Made by a program: the position numbers and the translations under genes. From NCBI GenBank assembly GCA_040220235.1, contig JAVJTO010000055.1: DNA of 64,000 nucleotides. The stretch is one strand, 5' to 3'. The notes beneath the pieces were generated by a model, which was given only the letters and a program-made list of their open reading frames with translations, had not been told where the DNA came from and did not search any database. Numbering within the stretch: position 1 is the first letter of the stretch; the number at the start of each line of letters is the position of its first letter. This stretch comes from Coleofasciculus sp. B1-GNL1-01 (GTDB taxonomy: Bacteria > Cyanobacteriota > Cyanobacteriia > Cyanobacteriales > Coleofasciculaceae). This document shows positions 43,467-54,115 of the stretch, piece after piece.

Positions 43467-44567
43467 ATGATCGAAGTGGATCGTCTGAGCAAGCTCTATG
43501 GCGTCACTCCAGCAATTCAGGATGTCAGTTTTAAGGTGGAACCGGGGGAAATCCTGGGATTTCTCGGACCCAATGGTGCGGGGAAAACAACTACCATGCG
43601 GATTTTAGCCGGATATTTACCTGCCACCAGTGGAACCGCCCGAATTGCTGGGTATGATGTCCATGAAAATTCTCTGGCGGTGCGCCAACGCATCGGCTAT
43701 TTACCGGAAACCCCTCCCCTTTATCCAGAAATGACGGTTGAGGGGTTCTTGTACTTTGTCGCTCGTCTCAAAGGGGTATCCGCAGGCGATCGCACTAAGC
43801 GGGTGAAGATGGCAATTAAACGCTGTAACCTTGTAGAGAAGCGCAAAGTCTTGATCCGCAAACTCTCCAAGGGATTTCGTCAACGAGTGGGAATTGCTCA
43901 AGCGATCGTTCATGATCCACCTGCGATTATCTTAGATGAACCCACCGTCGGACTCGATCCTCGGCAAATTATTGATGTCCGCAACTTGATCAAAAGCCTT
44001 GCCGGTGAACATACGATTATCCTGTCTACCCATATTCTGCCAGAGGTGAGCATGACCTGTAGTCGGGTGGCGATTATCAACCGAGGTAAAATCGTCGCCA
44101 CCAATAGCCCAGAAAACCTGATGGCGCAATTGACGGGAGGGGCGGGCTATGAGTTAGAAGTGGATGGGGATGCAACTCAACTGCAAAAGCTATTACAAGT
44201 GTTGCAGGGAGTCTGCTTAGTCGAAATTGTCCCCACTCAACAGTTACCCCCAAATCGCTCCTTAATTCGGATTGTGACGGTACCGGGTACTGATCCGGGA
44301 CGAGATATTGCGGCTGTAACTGTGGGCGCTGGGATCGGATTGCATGAAATGCGCCGCACTCGCGCTACCCTGGAAGATGTCTTTTTAGAACTGACGACTC
44401 AGGAACGGAGGGCGGAGAACCTGGAAATAGAGACAGGGAACAATTTAGCTGAATCGCCTATCTCTGATTCTCCATCAGAAGTTCCTGAATCCAATGTTTC
44501 TCAATCCCAAGTCCCTGAATCAAAAGTCCCTGAGTCAGACGTTCCCCAATCAGGAGAAGATCGTTAA
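43467..44567 (+). CDS. ABC transporter ATP-binding protein (GldA-like)
   Basis: GPNGAGKTT, LSKGFRQR and LDEPT motifs; acidic PES tail. Confidence 0.93.
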   Translation: MIEVDRLSKLYGVTPAIQDVSFKVEPGEILGFLGPNGAGKTTTMRILAGYLPATSGTARIAGYDVHENSLAVRQRIGYLPETPPLYPEMTVEGFLYFVARLKGVSAGDRTKRVKMAIKRCNLVEKRKVLIRKLSKGFRQRVGIAQAIVHDPPAIILDEPTVGLDPRQIIDVRNLIKSLAGEHTIILSTHILPEVSMTCSRVAIINRGKIVATNSPENLMAQLTGGAGYELEVDGDATQLQKLLQVLQGVCLVEIVPTQQLPPNRSLIRIVTVPGTDPGRDIAAVTVGAGIGLHEMRRTRATLEDVFLELTTQERRAENLEIETGNNLAESPISDSPSEVPESNVSQSQVPESKVPESDVPQSGEDR

Positions 44568-45367
44568 TGCGTATACTCTTTGGCAATATTGTGGCAATTT
44601 TTCGCAAGGAATTGCAGGGCTATTTTGCTTCACCTTTGGCTTATATAGTGGCTGGGTTTTTCTGGCTATTGTCGGGGTTCTTTTTCGTGTGGATTCTATT
44701 AAGTCCCGATGGGATTATTCAGCAAGTAGCGCAACGCGATCAACTGGGAATGCCGACACCCCCTGTGGATGTAGCCTATGAGTTTTTGAATATGTTTTTG
44801 AGTGTTATGGGGTCTCTAATTTTATTTGTTCTCCCCATCCTCTCCATGGGACTCTATTCGGAGGAACGGAAGCGGGGAACGTTAGAACTGCTGGCAACGT
44901 CGCCAGTGACGAATTGGGCGGTAGCCCTGGGAAAACTATTAGGTGTGCTAACCTTTTTTACGATTATGGTGCTACCGTTACTCCTATATGAAGTGATCGC
45001 CTTGAATGCCGCCAATCCACCCATTCAACCGTGGGTTCCTTTATTAGCCCATGCTGGATTAATTTTACTCGCCGCATCAGTGCTTTCCCTGGGAATGTTT
45101 ATTTCTTCGTTAACCGATAGTTCAATCCTGGCAGCTTTCCTCACATTTGTTTTGATATTGTTCCTCTGGGTAATTGATTTAATTGCTAATATTATCGGTG
45201 GTGCTTTTGGGGAAGCGTTAGGTTATTTATCGTTGATGGAGAATTATACCAATTTAGTTCGGGGTGTTCTAGATACCAGTAGTCTTATTTTATTTGCTAG
45301 TTATATCTTTCTGGGCATATTCCTCACCGCTCAGTCGATTGAAGCGTTCCGATTCCAGCGCTCTTAA
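44567..45367 (+). CDS. ABC-2 permease (GldF-like)
   Basis: RKEL..YF.SPLAY and EERKRGTLELL motifs; TAATG coupling to the upstream gene. Confidence 0.9.
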   Translation: MRILFGNIVAIFRKELQGYFASPLAYIVAGFFWLLSGFFFVWILLSPDGIIQQVAQRDQLGMPTPPVDVAYEFLNMFLSVMGSLILFVLPILSMGLYSEERKRGTLELLATSPVTNWAVALGKLLGVLTFFTIMVLPLLLYEVIALNAANPPIQPWVPLLAHAGLILLAASVLSLGMFISSLTDSSILAAFLTFVLILFLWVIDLIANIIGGAFGEALGYLSLMENYTNLVRGVLDTSSLILFASYIFLGIFLTAQSIEAFRFQRS

Positions 45368-45523
45368 GTTCGTAGTTGCGCTTTAGCGCCCTAAGCATTT
45401 TGGTATTGATGACAAACCTGTAACTATTTTATCACTCAGTCAGGGCGGGTTTAGTCAAATCTGGGTTAGGTCAGAAACAATAATCGTAAAACCCGCCCCT
45501 ACACAATCAAAACGCTATAAACT

Positions 45524-47335
45524 ATGACAACAAAGCCGATTAAGTGGACGTATTTAAAATATCTATTTTGGTTCGGACCGATCCTGACAATTATGGGACT
45601 TACCGCCCAAGAAGTCGCGGGTGAGTGGTCTCCTGTATCCTTGGCGCTGCTAATTGCAGGACTATTGATCATTGGCTTGTGGTTCCTACTTCTAGATCAA
45701 ATCGCCCCTGGTTTTTGGGGACGCCGTTCTACCCAGGTGGGAACCAATGCGATAATTGCCACCTTAGCGATGTTTGTGATTATCGGGTTAATTAACTTTT
45801 TAGGCGTGCGTTATGGGGTACAGATTGATTTAACCGAAAATCAGCTATTTACCCTTTCACCTCAGTCACAGCAAGTTGTGAGAAATTTAGATCAATCGGT
45901 GAAAGTTTGGGTGTTTGAGAGTCCCGCTAATCCCGCCAATCAAGAACTCCTGGAAAACTACCGCCGCTATGGATCAAATTTAGAATTTGAGTTTGTTGAC
46001 CCCCAGCTACAACCTGAATTAGCCCAAAAGTTTAATGTAAATTACATAGGGGAGGTTTACTTAGAATATGGGAATCAACGGGAGTTAGTCCAAACCATTA
46101 GCCCAGGGGAACGGTTATCGGAAGTTCAGCTAACCAACGCAATTGAACGCATCACAGGCGATCGCGCGGATAAGGTCTATTTTCTCCAAGGTCATGGTGA
46201 ACGCCCATTAGAAGCGTCAGACGAAGGTGGATTATCTCAAGCCGTAAGTGCGTTAGAGACAAAAAACTTCACCGTCGAACCCCTGAATCTCGCTGAACAG
46301 CCAGCCGTTCCCGATGATGCTTCTTTAATCGTAATTGCTGGACCCAAACGAGCGTTGTTTGAACCGGAAGTGCAAGCTTTAGAAGACTATTTGGCTGACG
46401 GGGGAAGTCTGTTAGTGATGATAGATCCCGATACCAATCCCGGCTTAGAACCCTTACTATCAGATTGGGGAGTGACGTTGACGAATCAGATTGTGATTGA
46501 TGCGTCGGGTCAAGGGAGGTTAGTCGGTTTAGGTCCAGCAACCCCCTTGGTTACGCAATATGGCGATCATCCAATTACCCAAGATTTTGGAACTGGCTTT
46601 TCGATTTATCCCTTAGCGCAACCCGTGGACATGGAACCTGTAGAAGGGATAAAGGAAACCCCTCTAGTGATAACAAGTCCCCAAAGTTGGGCGGAAAACA
46701 CGCCAGAACAACAACCGTTGGAGTTTAACGAACAAGAAGGCGATCGCCCTGGTCCTTTAGTATTAGGGGTAGCGTTAAGTCGTCAAGATTCCAGCGCTTC
46801 ACCACCATCAGAACCGGAAGCGGAAGACACTCCAGAAGCTGAAGGTGAAGACACTGATGAACCCGAAGCCGAAGACACTCCAGAAGTGTCGCCAGAAGAC
46901 ACCAATGAACCCGAAGCGGAAGAAACTCCCGAAGCGTTTCTAGAAGACACCGATGAACCCGAAGCGGAAACTCCAGAAGCATCTCCCACAGCTTCGCCAG
47001 AGGAATCCCCAGAAGCCTCACCTTCACCAATCCAGACCGATGAGTCTCAGTCTCAAGAAGACGAAGCTGAATCACGATTAATTGTGTATGGTAATTCAAA
47101 CTTTGCCACAGATAGTTGGTTTGATCAGCAACTCAATCCTGATATTTTTATCAATTCCGTGAGTTGGTTAAGTAAGCGAGATGAACAAGCACTTTCGATT
47201 AGTCCCAAAGAACCCGAAGACCGCCGAATTAACTTAACACCCGTCCAATCCGGAATATTGGGATGGTTAGCCCTGTTAATTGTTCCAGCGTTTGGCTTTT
47301 TGACCGCAGGGATGCTGTGGTGGTTACGGCGGTAA
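45524..47335 (+). CDS. GldG-family ABC auxiliary protein
   Basis: DLTEN.LFTLS, YFLQGHGE and IAGPK motifs; acidic repeat insertion; C-terminal TM. Confidence 0.9.
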   Translation: MTTKPIKWTYLKYLFWFGPILTIMGLTAQEVAGEWSPVSLALLIAGLLIIGLWFLLLDQIAPGFWGRRSTQVGTNAIIATLAMFVIIGLINFLGVRYGVQIDLTENQLFTLSPQSQQVVRNLDQSVKVWVFESPANPANQELLENYRRYGSNLEFEFVDPQLQPELAQKFNVNYIGEVYLEYGNQRELVQTISPGERLSEVQLTNAIERITGDRADKVYFLQGHGERPLEASDEGGLSQAVSALETKNFTVEPLNLAEQPAVPDDASLIVIAGPKRALFEPEVQALEDYLADGGSLLVMIDPDTNPGLEPLLSDWGVTLTNQIVIDASGQGRLVGLGPATPLVTQYGDHPITQDFGTGFSIYPLAQPVDMEPVEGIKETPLVITSPQSWAENTPEQQPLEFNEQEGDRPGPLVLGVALSRQDSSASPPSEPEAEDTPEAEGEDTDEPEAEDTPEVSPEDTNEPEAEETPEAFLEDTDEPEAETPEASPTASPEESPEASPSPIQTDESQSQEDEAESRLIVYGNSNFATDSWFDQQLNPDIFINSVSWLSKRDEQALSISPKEPEDRRINLTPVQSGILGWLALLIVPAFGFLTAGMLWWLRR

Positions 47336-47549
47336 AGGTACATCTGTAGGGGCGGGTTTTACGATTATCATCTATTTGTCACCCAGATGTGACTAAACCC
47401 GCCCCGACTAAGTGATATAAAATGTTCGCATCGGAATTATGTTTTTTTAACGCAGAGGACGCAGAGGTTGACGCAGAGGGACGCAGAGGGGTCATAACCA
47501 ATGACGAATGACAAATGAACAATGACAAATGACCAATGACGAATAACAA

Positions 47550-48455
47550 ATGAAGCTACAGAAGACTACTTGGGTTTTATTAATTGTTGCCCTTTTCCTG
47601 GGAGGATTTGTCTACTTTTATGAAATCGTTGGAACTCCTCAACGGGAAGCCGCGAAGGAAGCCGAAAAGCAACTGTTTAGCTTTGAAGAAGATGAGGTTC
47701 AACGGGTTAACATTTATATCCAGGAAGAAAGCCGAAAATTTGAACGGGTGAGTGAACCTGAACCCGGTTGGCGCATGACGGAACCGAAGGATGTCCCCGC
47801 CAGTGATCCATCGGTTGCATTTCTCTTGAATTTACTCGTTGAAGGAAAGAGCGATCGCATAATTCCCAATGTCCCTCCGGAAAACCTGAAAGACTATGGC
47901 TTAGACAAACCCCAAGCCATGGTAACGGTGCGGCTTACAAACGATGAAACCCATGAAATTCTTTTAGGAAAACCAGATTTTAATAATAGTTTTCTCTATG
48001 CTCAAATTGATCCATTCTCAGACAAATCCCAGCAATCTAACGTCTTTTTAGTCCCCATGGACTTTGACTATGCTGTCAATCGCCCCTTATCAGAATGGGA
48101 GCAAACAAAAGAGGAAACACCTGAAGTAACTCAGCCATCCGATACGGAAAACGAGGAATCAACCTCTGAAACCGAACCCGCTACAGAGGAAAAAGAATCC
48201 CCTGAAAGCCAAGCACAACCCACTCCTAACAACTCTGATACTGAAACCGAGGAATCAACCCCTGAACCTGAAAAAACACCGACATCTGAGAACAAAAAGC
48301 CGTCCCCATCTCCCTCTCCTGAAAACACGTCCTCTTCCGAAGACAAAAAGCAGTCAATAGAGGATGAAACGGCTTCTCCTAATGAGGAAACAGAACCTGA
48401 AAATACCCCCAATGACTCTGAAGACGAAGATGTTTCTACTGATACAGAGGGTTGA
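47550..48455 (+). CDS. DUF4340 domain protein
   Basis: N-terminal anchor, YGLDKP motif, long acidic tail; last gene of the Gld-like cluster. Confidence 0.85.
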   Translation: MKLQKTTWVLLIVALFLGGFVYFYEIVGTPQREAAKEAEKQLFSFEEDEVQRVNIYIQEESRKFERVSEPEPGWRMTEPKDVPASDPSVAFLLNLLVEGKSDRIIPNVPPENLKDYGLDKPQAMVTVRLTNDETHEILLGKPDFNNSFLYAQIDPFSDKSQQSNVFLVPMDFDYAVNRPLSEWEQTKEETPEVTQPSDTENEESTSETEPATEEKESPESQAQPTPNNSDTETEESTPEPEKTPTSENKKPSPSPSPENTSSSEDKKQSIEDETASPNEETEPENTPNDSEDEDVSTDTEG

Positions 48456-48511
48456 AACTGTTTCCTGTTCCCTGTTCCCTCCCCTCACCATAAAACTCCC
48501 TGTAGCAACCC

Positions 48512-49606
48512 CTATTTTAAAGGATGACTGATGAAAGCGTACCTGTCATCAATTCTAACTCTGGCTACTCCTTGCTGAAATGACCAAGCACTATCAAATT
48601 GGGGCTTGATGACTAAATTCCCTATTTTGTTAATATAGCCCCACTTGTCGCCTATTTTGATCGCGATTAAGTCTTCCGAAAAGTCATAGGTGTTATCAAA
48701 CTGGGGAGCAATTAGCATATTTCCCTGCTGATCAATATAACCAATTTTATCGTTCATCGAGATGCCAGACACACCTTGGACAAAATCCCCCGCCCAATCA
48801 AAATAAGGCATAATCACAAACTCGCCTTGATGATTAATATACCCCGATTTCATTGCTTGATTCGAGACAGACGCCAAGCCTTCGGAAAAAGAACTCGCAT
48901 CTTTAAATTGAGGTGGAATCGCCCAGTTTCCGGTTTTGTCGATATAGCCATACTGGTTATTCAATTTTACCGTAGCTAACCCCTCAGAAAACGGTTTTGC
49001 TTCCTGAAATTGAGGCGGAGTAATCCAGTTTCCGGTTTTATCTACATAACCATACTGATTATTGTTTTCGACAATTGCCAATCCTTCGGAAAACAAATCC
49101 GCATCGTAAAATTGAGGTAAAATTATTACCGTGCCAGTTTTATCAATATAGCCCCAATCATCGTCTTGTTTAACTGGGGCTAATCCTTCCGCGAACGATT
49201 TAGCGCCATCGAATTGAGGTTTAATTACCCAGTTACCTGTTTGATCAATATAACCCCATTTTCCATCAACTTTGACTGGGGCTACATCTTCAGTAAACGA
49301 ATCAGCTAACTCGAATTGTGGTTGAATTACCCAGTTACCTGTTTGATTAATATAGCCCCACTCCCCATCCAACTTAACCGCAGCCAATCCCTGAGAAAAA
49401 TCATGTCCTGACTCTAACTCAAACGGGAAAGTAAATTGTACAGGAACAGCATTTTCGCTAGAAATTCGAGAAGTATGGAAACCGTTGTTAATCGTTGATA
49501 TAATCTGACATCCGGATAATTGAGTAACCAGTAAACCGAAGAAGAGACTGGTGATCTTAACAACTAGCCGATGTCTAAACTGGTAATCTAACAATCCTCT
49601 ACCCAT
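48512..49606 (-). CDS. WG-repeat (KWG) protein
   Basis: About 8 repeats of F.EGLA.V....WGYID.TG..VI.PQF. The upstream ORF-track start lies inside a REP. Confidence 0.9.
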   Translation of the reverse strand: MGRGLLDYQFRHRLVVKITSLFFGLLVTQLSGCQIISTINNGFHTSRISSENAVPVQFTFPFELESGHDFSQGLAAVKLDGEWGYINQTGNWVIQPQFELADSFTEDVAPVKVDGKWGYIDQTGNWVIKPQFDGAKSFAEGLAPVKQDDDWGYIDKTGTVIILPQFYDADLFSEGLAIVENNNQYGYVDKTGNWITPPQFQEAKPFSEGLATVKLNNQYGYIDKTGNWAIPPQFKDASSFSEGLASVSNQAMKSGYINHQGEFVIMPYFDWAGDFVQGVSGISMNDKIGYIDQQGNMLIAPQFDNTYDFSEDLIAIKIGDKWGYINKIGNLVIKPQFDSAWSFQQGVARVRIDDRYAFISHPLK

Positions 49607-49932
49607 GGGGTAATAATCACTATTTAGGGCTTGTTGAATAAGTGCTGTGGGGAGCAGGGGGAGCAATGTAGAGACGTGCCATGGCACGTCTGGAAACTGG
49701 AGGAGCAGGGGAAGATGAGAAAGTTAACTCAAAACTCTACCTTACCTGTTCCCTGACGAATGACAAATGACGTAGCTTGCTTCTCGCTTGCGCGAGTATG
49801 ACAAATGACGAATGACGATCTCCGCCGTTAACTTTAATTGTCCCCACCTACTTAACCCCTCAGTGTCATCAGTGCTACCAACCGCCCATATCCCCACTCC
49901 AATCCCTCAACATCAATCCGTGAAATCAGTGT

Positions 49933-51324
49933 TTACCGTCTTGCTACCCCTTCATTCCGGGCGGCTTGTTGTACCGCTGCGGAAACAGCCGTCACAACAC
50001 GCTGATCAAAAACAGATGGAATAATATGTTCAGCGTCCAAATCTGTCGTAGACATCAAAGACGCGATTGCTTTTGCCGCTTCTAGATACATCGTACTGGT
50101 AATCATGGAGGCGCGACAGTCGAGGGCGCCGCGAAACACACCAGGAAACGCCAGAACATTATTAATTTGATTGGGATAGTCACTGCGCCCCGTTGCCATA
50201 ACCGCGACATCCTCTAACACCAATTCTGGCTGAATTTCGGGGATTGGATTCGCCATCGCCATAACAATGGGATCTCTTGCCATCGAATGTACCATGTCTG
50301 GCGTCAAAACACCGGGAACACTGACGCCGAGAAACACATCCGCCCCCACCATGGCACCCGCTAAAGTACCACTAGATTCAACGGCAAATTCCTGCTTTTG
50401 GGGTGTTAAATCCGTGCGTTTGGTTGAGAGAATCCCTTTGGAATCACAGATCCAAATCATCTTCGCCCCAGCTTGACGTAATAGCCGCGCGATCGCAATT
50501 CCCGCTGCGCCAGCGCCATTAATCACAATTCGCACCTCTTCCAGGGATTTCTTCACCAGTTTCAGGGAATTAATTAACGCCGCTAAACTGACAATCGCGG
50601 TTCCATGCTGATCATCGTGAAACACAGGAATATCCAAGACTTGTCGCAGTTTGGCTTCAATGTCAAAGCAACGGGGGGCGCTGATATCTTCCAGGTTAAT
50701 TCCGCCAAAAACGGGAGCAATATTTTTAACGGTTTCGATAATCGTATCGGTATCTTGATTTGCCAGACATATAGGAAAGGCGTCAATTCCGGCAAATTCT
50801 TTAAACAGCATCGCTTTCCCTTCCATAACGGGTAATGCGGCTTCGGCACCTAAGTTGCCCAATCCTAATACGGCGCTACCATCTGTAACAATTGCTACTG
50901 TATTACTTTTAATGGTCAGGGAGTAAACATCTTGGGGTTCATCGGCGATCGCGTTACAAATTCGACCCACCCCTGGTGTATACGCCATGGCTAAATCAGC
51001 TTGGGTTTTCAGGGGAAGTTTGTTCTCGATGCTGATTTTGCCCCCTCGATGTAGATTGAACGTGCGATCATAGACATCGATCACCTTGATATGGGTAAGT
51101 TCCTTAACCGCTTGCACAATCTGTTCAGCGTGTTCGGTACTCGTCGCATCGATGGTGATTTCACGAGTCGTAACTTTGTGGGTTTGGTGAATCAGATCAA
51201 TCTGTCCCAGGTTTCCCCCTACCTGTGCGATCGCGTGAGTAACAGTGGCTAACATCCCAGAACGATTGGGAAGTTGGATGCGAATCGTTAAACTGAAACT
51301 GGAATTCGGTGTCAGGTCTGCCAT
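49933..51324 (-). CDS. Malic enzyme with N-terminal ACT domain
   Basis: AYTPGV, PVMEGK, NLEDI, HDDQHGTA, GAGAAG and NQINNVLAFPG motifs. Confidence 0.95.
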   Translation of the reverse strand: MADLTPNSSFSLTIRIQLPNRSGMLATVTHAIAQVGGNLGQIDLIHQTHKVTTREITIDATSTEHAEQIVQAVKELTHIKVIDVYDRTFNLHRGGKISIENKLPLKTQADLAMAYTPGVGRICNAIADEPQDVYSLTIKSNTVAIVTDGSAVLGLGNLGAEAALPVMEGKAMLFKEFAGIDAFPICLANQDTDTIIETVKNIAPVFGGINLEDISAPRCFDIEAKLRQVLDIPVFHDDQHGTAIVSLAALINSLKLVKKSLEEVRIVINGAGAAGIAIARLLRQAGAKMIWICDSKGILSTKRTDLTPQKQEFAVESSGTLAGAMVGADVFLGVSVPGVLTPDMVHSMARDPIVMAMANPIPEIQPELVLEDVAVMATGRSDYPNQINNVLAFPGVFRGALDCRASMITSTMYLEAAKAIASLMSTTDLDAEHIIPSVFDQRVVTAVSAAVQQAARNEGVARR

Positions 51325-51410
51325 GCTGGATTGATTTCGGGTCTCAAGCTTTCAATTGTAGACCGAATTCCCAGTCCGAGGGAAAGCTCTTGGTGAACAG
51401 GTGCGGGGTT

Positions 51411-51543
51411 GTAGGGGCGGGTTTTGTTGTTCGGTTATCGGTGGGGAGGGCGGGTTTTGTTGTTCGGTTATCGGTGGGGAGGGCGGGTTTTGTTGTTCAT
51501 TTATCGGTGGATATCTGAATTGATTCCCTAAACCCGCCCCTAC
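51411..51543. repeat. REP doublet with an internal 30-bp triplication
   Basis: GGGCGGGTTTTGTTGTTCGGTTATCGGTGG x3 between GTAGGGGCGGG and CCCGCCCCTAC. Confidence 0.9.
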
Positions 51544-51566
51544 AATTGTCTTATTACTTTTTTATT

Positions 51567-52001
51567 ATGACAAGTCTCTATACTGAAATCGAAATTAATG
51601 CTCCTAAGTCACAAGTGTGGCAGGTTTTGTTGGACAAACAGCAGTGGAAGTATTGGAACACGTTTCTATTTGACCGTGAACCCGAACAGCCCTTGGAAAA
51701 AGGACAAGCCGTGTCTCTGTCTTTACGACGATTACCCAAGGATGAAGAAACGGAATTTGAACCCCTGATCACACTTTTACAACCCGAAATTTGTCTGCGC
51801 TGGGTTTCATCGATTCCCGGTTTTCGCAGTGAGTACGTCTTTGAGTTACAAGAGATTGGTTTGAGTCGCACTAAATATGTTCATATAAGCCGTTTTTCAG
51901 GTATTCTCACTCGTGTTTTTGTCCCCTTTATCCGGCAAGATGAGCATCGGGGAATGCAACGCATGGCGCGGGAGTTGAAGCGGTATGTTGAGCATTTATA
52001 A
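51567..52001 (+). CDS. SRPBCC (START-like) domain protein
   Basis: TEIEINAP..VWQVL.D..W..WN pattern. Confidence 0.85.
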   Translation: MTSLYTEIEINAPKSQVWQVLLDKQQWKYWNTFLFDREPEQPLEKGQAVSLSLRRLPKDEETEFEPLITLLQPEICLRWVSSIPGFRSEYVFELQEIGLSRTKYVHISRFSGILTRVFVPFIRQDEHRGMQRMARELKRYVEHL

Positions 52002-52052
52002 TTAGGGAAAATATGGCTCTTGAGACCAGATGTTCTGCTATTCCCTAGGATT

Positions 52053-52619
52053 ATGACTACCGTATTAAACTTAAAGCCACTGACGACGACATTGACGCGA
52101 TCGCAGTTTTATCAACTGTGTGTAGCCAACCCTGATGTACCATTAGAACGTTCGCCCCAGGGAGAGTTAATTATCATGACACCGATTGGTGGAGAAGGTG
52201 GTAGCCAAGAAGCAAATCTAATTGGCGATCTGATCATCTGGAATCGCCAGACTCAGCTTGGTGTAGTCTTTAGTTCCCAAACAGTCTTTAGTTTACCTGG
52301 TGGAGGCGATCGCTCTCCAGATGTCGCTTGGGTGGAATTGGGGCGATGGCAACGTTTGAGTCAATCGGAACGAGAAAAGTTTCCGCCGCTTTGTCCAGAT
52401 TTCGTGATTGAATTGCGATCGCGCACCGACCGATTAAAGCCACTTCAGGATAAGATGCAGGAATATTTGGCAAGTGGTTTACGTTTGGGTTGGTTAATTA
52501 ATTATCAGGATCGGCAAGTGGAGATTTATCGAGAGGGAACAGAGGTAGAAGTTGTGTCGATGCCTGTTGTGTTGTCAGGGGAGGAAATATTGCCAGGGTT
52601 TAGATTAGAAATGCTGTAG
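52053..52619 (+). CDS. Uma2 family endonuclease (DUF820)
   Basis: ER...GELIIM.P, RSPDVAW, CPDFVIELRS, KMQEY and GWLI motifs. Confidence 0.92.
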   Translation: MTTVLNLKPLTTTLTRSQFYQLCVANPDVPLERSPQGELIIMTPIGGEGGSQEANLIGDLIIWNRQTQLGVVFSSQTVFSLPGGGDRSPDVAWVELGRWQRLSQSEREKFPPLCPDFVIELRSRTDRLKPLQDKMQEYLASGLRLGWLINYQDRQVEIYREGTEVEVVSMPVVLSGEEILPGFRLEML

Positions 52620-52788
52620 GGGCGGGTTTAGAGATTCAATTAAACATATCACCAATAACCTTTCAACAAAACCCGCCCTTTTCCTAGGTGTAGCCGATCA
52701 ATAAATTCTGTAGGGGCGGGTTTAGGGATTCAATTAAACATATCACCGATAACCTTTCAACAAAACCCGCCCTTTTCCTAGATGTAGC
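52616..52788. repeat. Tandem duplication of a 94-bp REP-doublet unit
   Basis: Near-identical units start at 52616 and 52710. Confidence 0.9.
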
Positions 52789-52796
52789 TAAACAAT

Positions 52797-53133
52797 TCAC
52801 GCCGCCGTACAAACAACCCGAAACCCGATATCGAGAAACCCGTAGTCTGGCACGTTTCTGAAGCGCAGAGAACAACGACAGAACCACGGATCATCAAACC
52901 ATGAACCACCGCGCATCACTCTAAAATGCTTCTGATGATCATCAATTAACCAAGCTTGACCATTTGATGGCGCATCTATATAGTTATCATGCCAATGATC
53001 AGCACACCATTCGTACACATTTTCATGCAGATCAAATAAGCCAAACGTGTTCGCTACAGGGAAACTCCCGACTGGGGTAGTTTCTTCACGATACTTACCC
53101 CTAGAACCTTCAGCATAAATATATTTGCCGTCG
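52797..53133 (-). pseudogene. 5'-truncated FGE-sulfatase/CLec-fold gene with a DGR-VR-like C-terminus
   Basis: YREETTPVGSFP.AN.FGLFDLHENVYEWCAD...RGGSW...CR...GFRVVC. An in-frame stop at about 53170 and no N-terminal part. Confidence 0.85.
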
Positions 53134-53252
53134 TTAATGTAGCCTAATGGGGTAAACCTGTCAATTTGTCAAGATTACGGTAATAGGAATTTTGCGCGAT
53201 CGCTCCTGGCATAGTGGTCAATGTTCAGAACGCCCATGTCCAGCAATTCAGC

Positions 53253-54115
53253 GTGAAAACCGACACCATCTTCTATAACCTGTTTCTCGAATTCCCACTC
53301 ACCCTTGGCAGGTTGTCGTGATCTATCCTACTCGTAGGATTGAACGAGAACAAGCGTTTCAATTTGGTGAAATCCTTACCCTCAATCGCGTCAAACGCAT
53401 TTATATTGATGAATTAGGAGAAACCCCATCCGGTTCCCTTGGGATTGAAATAGTTAAGCTGGTGATTGAGGATGAGGACACTGCACCGGAACGAGCAAGA
53501 CGATTAGTCGCACAAGCTCAAATACAGATAGATGATGAAGCAAGCCAGCACAATCTAATCAAATTAATTGAGACAATCCTTGTTTACAAACTACCCCAAA
53601 AAAGCCGCGAGGAGATTGAAGCAATGTTCAGCTTAAGTGAACTCAAGCAAACTAAAGTTTATCAGGAAGCCTTAGAAGAAGGTGAAATTAAAGCCAAGTT
53701 AGCCGCGATACCACGCATGATAGAATTTGGCTTAAGATTGCCGCAAATTGCCCAGTTGCAAGATTTACCGCTAGAGGTTGTACAACAGACAGAACAGTTA
53801 TTTCAGAAACAAAACGTTGCCGCTTTTATTGAACTCTTAAATAATCAGCGCAACCTGTTTTCAGCTCAAGAGTTGGCAGAATTACAGCAGTGGATTACCC
53901 CTGTACCGGATCAGGTTGAAGACTTATCCCAGGCGATCGCACAATGGTGTAATCAGGAATCCCATACTATACAGCGTCAGGCTTGGCGTCAAGTTCTCTC
54001 TGATTTATGGAAGGCGACGGTGGAAACGATATTGAAAACGTACCCCAAGACTCTGGATTTAACATCCTCTCCCCTAACTAAGCAAATGGTGCAACAGGGG
54101 ATTGAAGGGAGTTGA
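53253..54115 (+). pseudogene. Rpn/DUF2887-family gene with internal deletion and frameshift
   Basis: GTG 53253 MKTDTIFYNLFLEFP jumps out of frame to (W)QVVVIYP...LIETILVYKLP..SREEIEAMF...KQTKVYQEA. The central nuclease segment is missing. Confidence 0.8.

Noticed and set aside
51411..51543. 30-bp x3 repeat as a CRISPR array
   Set aside because: The repeats are contiguous with no unique spacers, belong to the REP-doublet family, and there are no cas genes.
52616..52788. Two long repeats as CRISPR or a DGR template repeat
   Set aside because: They are a tandem REPIN duplication with no similarity to the VR-like region and no AAC-rich pattern.
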